This document shows, one piece after another, positions 45,750-55,792 of a DNA stretch of 64,000 bases. The translations under genes and the position numbers were made by a program. Under the pieces are notes generated by a model. It did not search any database. It was not told where the DNA came from and saw nothing but the letters and a program-made list of their open reading frames with translations. Source of the DNA: an uncultured Verrucomicrobiae bacterium (GTDB lineage Bacteria; Verrucomicrobiota; Verrucomicrobiia; Chthoniobacterales; JAATET01); assembly GCA_963719495.1 (NCBI GenBank), contig CAVRCI010000006.1, positions 32,001-96,000 of the forward strand, in the 5' to 3' direction. How positions within the stretch are numbered: the first letter of the stretch is position 1; the number at the start of each line of letters is the position of its first letter.

Positions 45750-45759
45750 TTGACGTTAA
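45750..45759. promoter_or_regulatory. Operator-like motif TTGACGTTAA
   Basis: ~75 nt upstream of the 45674 start. Confidence 0.5.
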
Positions 45760-45832
45760 GCTGATCGTCGATCGAAGGAGGAGCTGCCGACCCGCGCCGT
45801 CGGGGGAGCCGTTACGTTCAGCGAGATGTTAA

Positions 45833-45856
45833 GGCTCGGCAGGAGCCTCGCCCTCC
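45833..45856. repeat. REP-like element GGCTCGGCAGGAGCCTCGCCCTCC
   Basis: Short palindromic intergenic element of a type I recall from PVC genomes; single copy here. Confidence 0.45.
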
Positions 45857-45882
45857 GGGGGAAATACCCTCCGGGGGATGAC

Positions 45883-46930
45883 TCATTGCGGGACTTTGCG
45901 GCGTTTGCGCATCGCCGCGAGGGTGAGGAGGCCTCCGATGATCATCAAGCCCCAGGTCGCGGGCTCGGGGACGGCGGTGTAGGTGAGGTTCAGGCCCAGA
46001 CCGTCCAGGCTTTGCGCGATGGCGAAGCCGCCGGCATTTCCCGGGTCGTTCGCGAAACTCGAGGTGTCGACCCGAAACTTGTCGGCGCTGAAGGCGCTGA
46101 TCCCGCCGCTCGCTGTGGCGATTGTCCAAGTGTAGCTGGTGCCGGAAACGAAATTCGCGGCCACGCCGGGAAGGTTGTCGAAGCCGAGCGAGTGGACGTC
46201 GACCACAAAGGGGTTCGCGACGCTGCTGTTGATCGTAAGGGTGCCCCCGATATCGAGAAGGTCCCAGTTCGTTCCGGCGGTGCCGGTGGCGGAATTGATT
46301 TCCCACAGGTAGGTGCCGCCGCCGTCCCACGTCTCGGCGACCGTCGTGAGGATTCCGGGGCTGTTCCCCGGCGAAATCGTGCCAGCGATTGTGATCGGAC
46401 CCGTGACGGTGCCCGAGCCGGAGAGGGTCTGGCCCGCGCGGATGGTGGTGCCCGCCGGATTCACGGCGAAGGTTGCGCCGCTGTTTACCTGGATGCGGGA
46501 GGAAGCCAGCGACCCGGTGCTGCCGAGGGACAGGGTGCCGGTCTAGATGGTGGTGACGCCGGTATAGGTGTTCGCGCGGGAGAGCGTGAGGTCGGCGGTG
46601 CCCGATTTGATGAAATTGCCGGTGCCGCTGATGACGTTGCCGAAGTTATAGGACAGGCCACCGTAGCGCATTTCGACCTCGCCGTTGTTCGTGATGTCGC
46701 TGGCGAAGCGGGATGCTGTCGAGGTCGATGCGCTGAGGACGAGCCGACCGCCGTCGACCCGCACGTTGGCCCCGCTGATGGAGCTGGTATTGAGGGTGGA
46801 TGCGAGGTTCACCGTGGTGGTGCCCGCCCTCATGAACCGAAGCGCCCCGCCAGAACCGGCCTGACTAACGCGAATATTTCCGAGCGTGACCGCGTCGGAG
46901 CGATTGGTCCTGAGCGTCTCGCGCCAAGGC
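45883..46930 (-). pseudogene. PEP-CTERM protein with autotransporter-associated beta-strand repeat; 5'-truncated, in-frame TAG at 46543-46545
   Basis: KSGTADLTLSRANTYTGVTTI*TGTLSL, ISPGNSPGIL, AVPEPATW plus TM and basic tail; no signal peptide upstream. Confidence 0.75.
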
Positions 46931-47231
46931 GGTCAAGAAGGCTCAACGCCGCGGCAATAGGACTCATCCCGGTCACCACTCAGGTGCGTCAATTTGACGC
47001 ACCTCTCCTTCCGCTAGATCCCCAAAAGTTTTAGTTATTTAGTAAAACAGAACAAAAATAATTTCTAGGAAAAGCAATTTCAATACTTCCGTTGCGGCAC
47101 CCTTCGCCGCATGGCTCCCGACCGGATGGGGAAAAACTTTCTATGCAGGAAGATTTTTCTTGATTTTGCTTTGGCGCCGTATTACAATAAGGCGTCAGCC
47201 GGTCTTTTATCAGGTGATTAGAGACCGTTGC

Positions 47232-47550
47232 GTGAACAAAACCTAAAAGAATAATCAACCTCAAAAGCCCTGTCACTCTCACTGAACAGCAAACGAACCT
47301 GCTCCTCCTGGTCGCAGAGAATCCGTTCGCGGACTTGGAATTCCTTCGGTGGCTTCGACCAAGCTGGAGCGGGTGGATGGCCTCGGCAATGGCGTCGCTC
47401 AAAGCCGAACTCAAGCTCGTTCACATGGCGGGTCGCTGCGAATATTCGCTCACCGAATCTGGAAGACGGTTCGTCGAAAACGTTGGAGCGGAATGCCCAA
47501 CGAACGTGGTCTTCGTCAATTTCCGCTCCAACCTCGAGGAGGCGGCCTGA
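47232..47550 (+). CDS. Possible small winged-helix protein (start uncertain)
   Basis: The frame of ORF 47335..47550 extends upstream as TLTEQQTNLLLLVAENP and contains YSLTESGRRFV. Confidence 0.35.
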
Positions 47551-47551
47551 T

Positions 47552-47965
47552 ATGAGCGCGCTGACGGTTACCCAGACATTCTTGGACCGGTTGGGTCTCC
47601 CCTACCGCGCGGTCGGCGACTTCGCGTTCGAGGCGGAAGTCGAATGCAATAACGACCCCGCCGCGTGTTTGTTCATGCTCGCAGGAAACGATCTGGAAGT
47701 CGCGTTCATGCTGCCCTTCTACACCTTCGTGACCGACGAACTCTGCGCGTCCTTGGCTAACGTCAACCACCAGCTTCCAATGGGGCAATTCGTTGCCTGC
47801 GAGCAACTGAACGTCGTATCTGCCAACCTCGGTGTGCCAACGGGAAAAAACATGAGCCCCGAAATGGTGCAACTGGCCTACGAAGTGACCAAAGACCTCG
47901 TCGAGGCGTGGGCGGAAAAAGTGTGGGACGCAGCGTTGACGGCACTCGAAAATGAGGACGCGTGA
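47552..47965 (+). CDS. YbjN-like domain protein
   Basis: RBS GGAGG; 137 aa, acidic; FLDRLGLPY...LANVNHQLPMGQF. Confidence 0.5.
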   Translation: MSALTVTQTFLDRLGLPYRAVGDFAFEAEVECNNDPAACLFMLAGNDLEVAFMLPFYTFVTDELCASLANVNHQLPMGQFVACEQLNVVSANLGVPTGKNMSPEMVQLAYEVTKDLVEAWAEKVWDAALTALENEDA

Positions 47966-48227
47966 AGCGTCCGGCAAAAGCGAGGCCCGAAGTGCTCCAA
48001 CTCGAAGGAGCTTTGCGGCGGAGTCAGCGTCGTGCCAGCCCCCAACTTTGGCCTATCCCATTCACACCAACAACTCCATCCCTCCCGCTCGCACGCGACC
48101 ATTGACAGGGATTTCTGAACCAATGAACGGAATGATCCCGGAGATGCGGACGGCGAGGACCCCGGCGACGGTGAAGTTCGACTCGTCGCCTCAACTTGCG
48201 AGCGCAGAAGGAACCTGATCGGGAAAT

Positions 48228-49301
48228 TTACCGGAGCCGGATCTGCCGGGGAGGTTTCTGGTTAAACTGGGGGACTCGAAAGTCGACTTCCACCCTGCCT
48301 TCGGATTTGAGCTGTCGCAGCACGTCTTCGGAGTGCTGCCGCTTGACGCCATGTCCAAAACACACTTCGACCACCTCCATTTCATTGGCGCACTTTCCCG
48401 TCAAGATTTTCTCCCGTAGGTCCGCCGCGAATGCCCGCAGCTTTGTTGGCTCCTCGAACATCTCAAGCGAGAGAAACGGAGCGTGGTCCTGAAAATCTTC
48501 CTGGTTGATGTCGAAGTTCGCTTCGCCGTTGAGGGTGTCCTTCGTCCAAGCTGTGTTTAAGAATTTGTCCATCCCAAGAGGATGAGCACTCCCAAAAATC
48601 AACCCGTAGAGCTGCGAACCTTCCTTTTTGATCGAGAACGGCGCAAGGTAGTAGTGCAGGTTGGCGGCGATAAAGGTTCGGTAGAGCTCCACCACTGCTC
48701 GGTGGCAATGGTAGAAGCTATCCGATTTTTTGATCCGCAATCTCATCGCGGGGTGCTCACTGAATCGGTGAAGAAATGATGATGCGACGAATAACAGAAA
48801 GTCGGTGGTGGGTGCGCTGATGAGTTGTCGGAAAACTTCGTCGTCGACGTGGTTCACCCCACAGGGATCAATCAAAACGAGATTGGCAGTGTCCGAGCGG
48901 TGAAAGATCGGCAGCGCCCGCCTAAACGATTCTTCGAAAGGTATCGACCGAACATCCAGCGTTGCATGGGGAAGTTTATCTACGAGCGGACGGAGGTAGG
49001 ACTCGAGCGCCCGCGTTTTCTCTGCATCGGCATCGGAGAAATGAAAATGGAGTTTGATCTTTCCGTCGCTGAGTCGATGTCGGCATTCCAGTGCTTCCCG
49101 CACGACGCGAACGGGGCTGCCGGCCGTGCCCTCGACGTCCTGACCCGGACCAGCGAAGAAATCGAAAATGTGAACTTCGGGCCAGACCGGTTCCGGTCGG
49201 CTTAAAAATACTGGCAGCCACTCCCGGGCATAAAGCTGAAAGAGCTCCAGCTTTGCGAGCGTTCCCTGATCGAAGGGTTTCTCGTGGAAATCCGGTCGCA
49301 C
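48228..49301 (-). CDS. tcmP: Three-Cys-motif partner protein (SAM-dependent methyltransferase-like)
   Basis: T.AKL.LF..Y...WL, DFFAGPG, GSP, LIDPCG, YGLIFGS.HPLG; directly downstream of DUF5131. Confidence 0.82.
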   Translation of the reverse strand: MRPDFHEKPFDQGTLAKLELFQLYAREWLPVFLSRPEPVWPEVHIFDFFAGPGQDVEGTAGSPVRVVREALECRHRLSDGKIKLHFHFSDADAEKTRALESYLRPLVDKLPHATLDVRSIPFEESFRRALPIFHRSDTANLVLIDPCGVNHVDDEVFRQLISAPTTDFLLFVASSFLHRFSEHPAMRLRIKKSDSFYHCHRAVVELYRTFIAANLHYYLAPFSIKKEGSQLYGLIFGSAHPLGMDKFLNTAWTKDTLNGEANFDINQEDFQDHAPFLSLEMFEEPTKLRAFAADLREKILTGKCANEMEVVEVCFGHGVKRQHSEDVLRQLKSEGRVEVDFRVPQFNQKPPRQIRLR

Positions 49302-49312
49302 GTCGGTTCCTT

Positions 49313-50101
49313 CTAGGCAGCAATCAGGTCGTTAAGAAGTCGGGCACGGCTGGCGGAGGACGCAACCGGACTGGCTTCTATTTTAGGAAACTCGCTGTAG
49401 GTGCGACCATCGAGCGTCCGGCCATTCTCTGCCTTGCGGACACCGCCCCATTGCTTGAAGAAGAAGGGAACCCGCTGGGCGCGGCACTGTGCCCGAACGG
49501 ACCGAACCCATGCCGCTTCGATTGGCCGGGCTCCATGCCCACTTTCGCCGCCGACGATCGCCCAGTGAATGCCTTTGAGGCTGAACTCACCCAAATCTTC
49601 AATCAGCGGCTCGATGGAGAGAAACGCCACGGCAGGCTTCGCCTTTCGGAGCAAATCGATACGGGGAAGACCATGTGACCTGTCCTCCACACTCACACCC
49701 CACCAGATATGGGAGGCCGCAGCGGCTTTTTTGAGCTTCGTCCGTAGCAAGCGGCTCATGCGGTCCGCACGCTTGGTCAAAATCTGGTAGGTGTGCCAGT
49801 TGGCCGCCATCATCACCCGGCAGACACTCTCCACGAAATCGTCCGGCACGTCAGGGTGAAAGAGGTCGCTCATCGAGTTGACGAAAATTCGGCGAGGGGT
49901 GCTCCAGCGAATCGGATCGCCAAGTTTCTCGGGAACCAAACGCAGGTCAAAACCGAATTCGAATGGATGACCGGGAACACCCCGGAAGCGCTCAGCGAAG
50001 GTCTCGGCATAGCAATGCTTGCAGCCCGCGCTCACCTTGGTGCAGCCACGCACCGGATTCCAAGTCGAGTCTGTCCATTCGATTTTCGATTTCTCGCTCA
50101 T
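49313..50101 (-). CDS. Phage Gp37/Gp68 (DUF5131) three-Cys-motif protein
   Basis: SKIEWTD.TWNPV.GCTKVSAGCKHCYA, FVNSMSDLFH, LTKR, SIEPL, VGGESG, FFKQWGG. Confidence 0.92.
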   Translation of the reverse strand: MSEKSKIEWTDSTWNPVRGCTKVSAGCKHCYAETFAERFRGVPGHPFEFGFDLRLVPEKLGDPIRWSTPRRIFVNSMSDLFHPDVPDDFVESVCRVMMAANWHTYQILTKRADRMSRLLRTKLKKAAAASHIWWGVSVEDRSHGLPRIDLLRKAKPAVAFLSIEPLIEDLGEFSLKGIHWAIVGGESGHGARPIEAAWVRSVRAQCRAQRVPFFFKQWGGVRKAENGRTLDGRTYSEFPKIEASPVASSASRARLLNDLIAA

Positions 50102-50267
50102 GATGTTATTCTATCACACGGGGTAGGACAATTACGGTCCGCCGGGTTGAACCCTCCTGCCGCTATGTCGTCTGCGATGACAATCGGCACTCGCTGGGCG
50201 AGTAAGTTTGCACTGAGGACGGTTGCGAGCCGTGGATCAACGGAAAAGTGGGCGGGCGTGACCATAC

Positions 50268-51953
50268 CTAGGGGAGACAATTTTCAAGTCTGGCGAGGAG
50301 TTCGAGGGCTTTTTGGACTTCGTGCTCGTAGAGCGGAGAATCCCCCCCGTGGGCCCCTGGGTTGAGGACTCGCTCGGTAGTTTTGAGCACTTCGTCGATC
50401 AGAGCGACGTTCTCCATGACCTTCCAATTTTCGTCCTTGAGCAGGGAGCGAAGGTGCTTGCGGGAACTCTTGAGTCTGCCGCGGTCGGCTGGGTCGAGGC
50501 CGGGAAGCGCGTCAACGTCATCGTCGCTCGCGGGGATTAGGTGGTCACGCTGCGCTTCGGGCGTGCCGAGGAGGACGCGGGCATAGAGGCGGGCCGGAAG
50601 CTTTTCAAGCAGACGATGCCGGGCAGCGCGTAGGTTTTCGGTCAGAGAGAAAAACTCGCCGGGGGGCAGCTTTTTCTTGTCAGCCCATTCACGGTAGCGC
50701 TTGGCCATGTCGTCGGCGGCTTTACGAAGGCAGACGGCGGCTTCGTCGAGTTTGTGGCCATGCAGATAGTCTTCGGCTTTTTGAAGCTCGGTCTTTTCGC
50801 TCTGCGATGTAATGGATGTTGCGGGGTCCCCCACAAGACGAACGAAGGACCAGTCGGGGTGGCTCGGGCCGATTGTGCGTCGAAACTCTCGGTAGAAGCC
50901 GAGGTCGTGAGTGAGGATGATTTTTTGGTAGTTTGCCAAAGCCCCGTCGGTAAGCAGGATTGCAACGACCTTCATCCGGTTACTCGTGTCGAGGCTGACG
51001 AGGAGGTCGTCTAGGACGAGGAGCTTGAGATCTGACTCGTGCAGGTTAACGAGCGAGGCGGCGAACCGGACGGAAAGCGCGAGTTGTGTGAGCTTTGCTT
51101 CGTTCAAAAAGCTCTGCGGCCGAGTGATGGTCTTTCCTGGAATTTGGATTCCGAATTTGATTTCAGGCTTTGTGAATGTCCGCGAATCGAAGTCGTAAGA
51201 TGGGAGTTTTGTAACTCCAAGTTTGAGCGTTATTTTCGACTTGTCGTCGGAGGAAAAATGCTTGTCGTAGAAACGTTGTGCCTCAGTGCTGATTCCATCC
51301 ACGATACCGGGCAGGATTGCGGCGAAGGCTTGCGTGTCCGCGATAAAACGGTCGTAGGCGTATGTTCCCGCCAACCCTTTGTATGCATCGGGGTTCGGAC
51401 TCTCTGACTTGATGGCCTGCCAACTCTCCAGAGGAACCTTCCCCCCTGTCGAGACACAGAAGGGCAGGATTTCGTCCTCAAATAGCGGCCAGAGGTTCAG
51501 CTCTTTAGAATTACGGAAATGGGAGAAGCCAAAGAAGAAGCGGTATGTGATGAAGTCACTGGCTAGGTCACCTTTAAGAATGGCTGGCTGCTGCTGAGTG
51601 CCATGGACGGTTTGCCCGTTTGCATCTCTTCCAATTCGATAGGTGGTATCGGTCTTGGTCGCCATATCACGCAACGTCACAGCGATCTCGCTTGGTCGAG
51701 GGTTTGGGTCTGTTTGTTCGTGAGTGTTGAGCAGATTTTGCAAAACTGCGGGATCGAAATATTTTGCGATTCCTGTATCACCTAATGTCGGTTTACGGGC
51801 GCTTTGCAGGAACGTGTATAGAGACCAGTAGAGGGACGACTTGCCGGCTCCGTTGTCGCCGTAAACAAGGAGGTGGCGGCCTTCTAGGTTGAGCATGAAC
51901 TCGCGGAAGGCTTTAAAGTTGGTAATCTCAATTTTGTGCAAGCGGGATTTCAT
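50268..51953 (-). CDS. ABC-type ATPase with possible C-terminal HEPN domain (PrrC/RloC-like)
   Basis: Walker A GDNGAGKSS, Walker B LLVLDD..SLD, H-loop LTHD; C-terminal RVLNPGAH (Rx6H). Confidence 0.65.
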   Translation of the reverse strand: MKSRLHKIEITNFKAFREFMLNLEGRHLLVYGDNGAGKSSLYWSLYTFLQSARKPTLGDTGIAKYFDPAVLQNLLNTHEQTDPNPRPSEIAVTLRDMATKTDTTYRIGRDANGQTVHGTQQQPAILKGDLASDFITYRFFFGFSHFRNSKELNLWPLFEDEILPFCVSTGGKVPLESWQAIKSESPNPDAYKGLAGTYAYDRFIADTQAFAAILPGIVDGISTEAQRFYDKHFSSDDKSKITLKLGVTKLPSYDFDSRTFTKPEIKFGIQIPGKTITRPQSFLNEAKLTQLALSVRFAASLVNLHESDLKLLVLDDLLVSLDTSNRMKVVAILLTDGALANYQKIILTHDLGFYREFRRTIGPSHPDWSFVRLVGDPATSITSQSEKTELQKAEDYLHGHKLDEAAVCLRKAADDMAKRYREWADKKKLPPGEFFSLTENLRAARHRLLEKLPARLYARVLLGTPEAQRDHLIPASDDDVDALPGLDPADRGRLKSSRKHLRSLLKDENWKVMENVALIDEVLKTTERVLNPGAHGGDSPLYEHEVQKALELLARLENCLP

Positions 51954-54900
51954 ACGCGCCCCTCTTGTTTGATGACGGCGAGAAGATCGGGGCTGTCGGC
52001 AGTGAGGCGGAGAAGACGGTTGCGGATGGGGTGGCTGGGAGCGTTGAGGGTGGTGTGCAACCCGGTAAGTAATTCCCTCAGCGTCCTCTCGTTGGCGGCG
52101 GGGTCATAGTCCGCGAGGTGCGGGGACACGGTGTCGTGGAAGAGCAGGTCTCGTTCGGCCATGTGCTCGCGGAAGTAGCTCTCCATCACGCAGGCGTCGA
52201 TGAGGTCTTCGAGGAATGCTGCGGGGGCGGTTTCTCCCTGCGCTTTGGCGAACTGGATGAGGGGGACTAAGCACTCAAATAGGCTCACCTCGGCGGCGGC
52301 GGGTCTCTTGATGGAGATTTTGTCGAAAAAGACAGCGAACAAGCGGTATGCGTTCCCCGAATACTCAGGGAAATTGTCGCGGAAACAGCAGCGAAAAAGG
52401 TGCGAGTTTAGAACTGCTGTGAGGTAATACAACGACTCGACTTGGCTGGTCATCATCCAACAAGTGTTGTTGAAGAAAAAGCCGTCGCTTTGGTCCAAGT
52501 AAAACGGCATCTGCTGGGCGATGTCCTGGTATATAATCTTCGGCCCGCGGAACAGATTGAGATAGTCCTCTGTAGGGTTGTTGTCCAATTCGAGCCAATG
52601 GTGTTGTCCAGGAAACGGTTTGTTCGGGTCTTTTCGTTTCCGCTCTCGCCCGTAGCTGCATTGACCGCGAGCCTGAAGCTGCGGCTTGTGCTGGATCAAG
52701 TGTTGATATACGGCAGGATACTTCTGCTCAAGATACTCGTATGCGCCGAACTTTACGATCAGTTGATAGGCATCGGCCCAATTTGTCTTGTAGCGCTCGA
52801 TGTCACGACCTCGAAGCAACCTTACAATCATTTCAGCGCTAGCAGGGTCTCTGGCGATCAACTCATCACGCTGGCTCTGATTCAAATAAAACGCTTCATT
52901 GTAGCCCGTAATGATTCCTCGCGAAATCTGAAGCGACCACTTCTCAAGTGGAATGCCTTGCTTGATGACTTTTACCCGAATGGCCTGACGCTCAGGTGAC
53001 ACTACCACCCAAGGCTCTGAATTAAGGTTTTGAAGCACTACGGCGTGGCTTGCAAAGTATCCAGCAGGGTCTGCCATCGCGGCCTGATCATCTGAAACAT
53101 AGCAGGCCAATGTGGAAGATTTGGAATCTTCGTTGGCGATCTTTAGGACGCAGGTGTAGGTGGTTGCGGCACCAAAGTTCTGGGCCATGCCAAAATCCAA
53201 AACGGATTCGGTGTTCAGGGATGCAAGAAGGCCTCGCAGTGATTCGCCGTAATTGGACCGCATCCATTTATTTGATGTGATAAAACAGAGACGGCCACCT
53301 CGACAAAGAAGCTGGCAACCTTGCTCATAGAAAAAGCAATAGACATCACCTCGTGCGGCGTAGGTCGCAAAGTTCACCTTCCACTTTTCTTGGATTGGCG
53401 TTCCCGCGAATCGTTCGACCGAGATGTAGGGCGGATTGCCTATGACTATGTCGAAGCCGTCCTTCAAGGAGCGACCGAACATCCAATGCGGATCGAAGAA
53501 GTCGGCGGTCGATTGGGGATCGAAGGGATCCCAATCGGCGAGGTGGGCGGCTTTCGCGGAGTTCACGGCTCCAAGACTGCCCGCGAGCGTCTCGGCGAGC
53601 TTAATGCGCAGGCCTTTGATCTTCTTCTGCAACGCCAGCTTCTGGTCGCGCCGCTGTATGGTGAAGTGGCTGTGGTAGGCGTCTTCGATTTCCTTTTCGA
53701 TGGGGGCGATGAGGGACTCGATGAAGAGGTCTTTGTCCGAGATCGGCAGGCCGATGAGGGTGTCGGCGGCGACAAACTTCGTTTCCAGATTGGGCAGCGG
53801 ACGGATTCCGTGATTGTCCTTTTTGTTGCGGTTGGTCTTCTGGTCGCAGACGAGGGAGATGAAGAAGCGGAGTTTGGTGATCTGGATGGCGATGGGCTGG
53901 ATGTCCACGCCGTAGAGGCAGTTCTCGATGAGGTAGAGCTTGCGGCCGTAGTCGTCGTTGTTTTCGGCGAAGGCGCGTTCGAGTTCCTCGCGCATGGGGG
54001 CGGAGTCAAGCTTGGCGAGCTGGGTCTGCTTCCAGCGGTCGTTGTCGGGGTCGAGTTTGCCGAGGATATAGACGAGCTTGTGGAGGACGCCCATAGGGAA
54101 AGCGCCGGAGCCGCAGGCGGGATCGAGGATTTTCAGGGCGTCGATGGCGTCGATTAGAGCGGCGACTTCGACGGGCGTGAAGGCGTGGTCTCTCTCGGTG
54201 TAGGCGAAGAGGAGGTCGAGGCCGGCGCGGGCGTCGGATTCCACCATGCGGACCCTTTCTACGAGGGCACGGGTGAGGTGGGCTTTGAGGGACTCGTCCA
54301 CCATGTAGTCCACGATGGGGCGTGGGGTGTAGAAGGAGCCGGTCTGCTTGCGGGCGGTGGTTTTGGTTTCTTCGTTGTAAGAGGCGAGGAGGTTCTCGAA
54401 AACTTTGCCGAGGAGTTCGGGGTCGAGGGCTATTTCCTGATCGATGGGGGTGTTCTCGACGATGGTGAACTTGTAGCGGTTCAGGATGGTGATGAGGCCG
54501 GTGACGCGCTCGGCCTTGCGCTTCTTGTCGCCGTAGGCTGTGGAGAGGTCGGCAATTTCCCCACTGTCGAAGAACAGGCGGTCGGGGATGTGGGGGCGCT
54601 TCTTGGGATTGCGGGAGAAGCCATCGAGGTAAAGTTTCTTGTTTGTGCCTTCCTCGGTGCGGTCGAGGCACTCGAAGAGTCCACCATTGAGGAAAGGAAT
54701 GTCGGCGAAATGCGTGAGGGCGACGTCGGGGCCGTCGGCGAAGAGGCTTTCGTAGCGGTAGAGATTATTGACGTCGTAGGTGGCGCGGTTTTTCTGGAAG
54801 CCCTCGTCGGTTGCGAAGATGCGGTAGGGTTTGCCGTTGCTGTCCTTGCCCATGCGCTGGTTGAGCGTGGCAAAGAAGAGATTTTGCAGGATGGCCTGGT

Positions 54901-55792
54901 AGTAGGTGGAGCTGGTCTCGCTTTCGGGATCGAAGCCCTTGAGAACTTTGGCGAGATCGGTGGGGTGGAAGAGTTGCTCGGGGATGAGGCCCTTTTCCTT
55001 GAGGAACCAGCAGAAGATGAGTCGGGTGAGCAGGCGGATGAGTCCGGTGGCGCGGCGTTTCTCGTCGTCGGGTTCGAGGTCGGCGGGGAACTCGACCTGC
55101 GGGAGCGCCCAGAAATACCAGTTGGCGAGTTCCTTGTAGAAGCGCTCGTTGAGCAGGTCGACGTTGAAGATTTGCTCCCACGCGGCATGAAGGGTGTCGA
55201 AGTCGGTGATGGGCAGCTTCTTCGGATGTTTGAGTTCAGACAGCGCGAGCGAGGCGAGGATGTCTTGGTGGCCACGGTGGGGATTCGCGATGGAGATGTC
55301 GCGGATGAGGGTGGCTTTTTCGAGGACGTCCTTGCTGTCGTCGATCTTGTTCCGTCGACGGTTGATGACGGCGATGGTGAGCCGGTCGCCGTGTTTGAAG
55401 ATCACCATGACGGGCATGGGGAAGAGGCGGTTGATCTGGCGGGTGATCGCGGAGAACTTGCCGCGAGCGTAATCGGTGCCCTTCAGCTCGATGGCGATGA
55501 AGATGTAGGACTTGAGCAGGGCGCGCTGGACGGAGTCGTCGGTGAAGAGGCTGGATTCGCGGCCGAGTTCCCGATCGGTGAGCTGAAAGAGGAGGTCGGC
55601 GGATTTCCACTCTGGCACGAGGGCCTTGACTTGGTCGAACGGGTGGCCGGCGGCGAAGTCAGCGAGGAAGTCCTGCGGCTTGGAACCTGCGCCGACGAGG
55701 AATTTGTCGCTCTTGTAGCCGAGCTTCGCGAGCAGCTGGCGGGCCGCGTCTTTGAGCGGTAGGGACTGGAAATTGGCGAGAGTGGCTTTCAT
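51950..55792 (-). CDS. Eco57I/type IIG-like N6-adenine methyltransferase with TRD
   Basis: FLNGGLF, LGKVFENLL, GSFYTP, DPACGSGAF, IGNPPY, FITSNKW; lower-GC C-terminal TRD region. Confidence 0.88.
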   Translation of the reverse strand: MKATLANFQSLPLKDAARQLLAKLGYKSDKFLVGAGSKPQDFLADFAAGHPFDQVKALVPEWKSADLLFQLTDRELGRESSLFTDDSVQRALLKSYIFIAIELKGTDYARGKFSAITRQINRLFPMPVMVIFKHGDRLTIAVINRRRNKIDDSKDVLEKATLIRDISIANPHRGHQDILASLALSELKHPKKLPITDFDTLHAAWEQIFNVDLLNERFYKELANWYFWALPQVEFPADLEPDDEKRRATGLIRLLTRLIFCWFLKEKGLIPEQLFHPTDLAKVLKGFDPESETSSTYYQAILQNLFFATLNQRMGKDSNGKPYRIFATDEGFQKNRATYDVNNLYRYESLFADGPDVALTHFADIPFLNGGLFECLDRTEEGTNKKLYLDGFSRNPKKRPHIPDRLFFDSGEIADLSTAYGDKKRKAERVTGLITILNRYKFTIVENTPIDQEIALDPELLGKVFENLLASYNEETKTTARKQTGSFYTPRPIVDYMVDESLKAHLTRALVERVRMVESDARAGLDLLFAYTERDHAFTPVEVAALIDAIDALKILDPACGSGAFPMGVLHKLVYILGKLDPDNDRWKQTQLAKLDSAPMREELERAFAENNDDYGRKLYLIENCLYGVDIQPIAIQITKLRFFISLVCDQKTNRNKKDNHGIRPLPNLETKFVAADTLIGLPISDKDLFIESLIAPIEKEIEDAYHSHFTIQRRDQKLALQKKIKGLRIKLAETLAGSLGAVNSAKAAHLADWDPFDPQSTADFFDPHWMFGRSLKDGFDIVIGNPPYISVERFAGTPIQEKWKVNFATYAARGDVYCFFYEQGCQLLCRGGRLCFITSNKWMRSNYGESLRGLLASLNTESVLDFGMAQNFGAATTYTCVLKIANEDSKSSTLACYVSDDQAAMADPAGYFASHAVVLQNLNSEPWVVVSPERQAIRVKVIKQGIPLEKWSLQISRGIITGYNEAFYLNQSQRDELIARDPASAEMIVRLLRGRDIERYKTNWADAYQLIVKFGAYEYLEQKYPAVYQHLIQHKPQLQARGQCSYGRERKRKDPNKPFPGQHHWLELDNNPTEDYLNLFRGPKIIYQDIAQQMPFYLDQSDGFFFNNTCWMMTSQVESLYYLTAVLNSHLFRCCFRDNFPEYSGNAYRLFAVFFDKISIKRPAAAEVSLFECLVPLIQFAKAQGETAPAAFLEDLIDACVMESYFREHMAERDLLFHDTVSPHLADYDPAANERTLRELLTGLHTTLNAPSHPIRNRLLRLTADSPDLLAVIKQEGRV

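Noticed and set aside
46940..47004. Minus-strand CVKLTHLSG as the missing 3' half of host arfB
   Set aside because: The match is very short, arises from the palindrome, and is not followed by the RSQ..N motif or a basic tail.
47028..47060. GTTTTAG...AAAAC resembling a type II CRISPR repeat
   Set aside because: Single short copy, no spacers, no cas genes; no CRISPR array was seen in the window.
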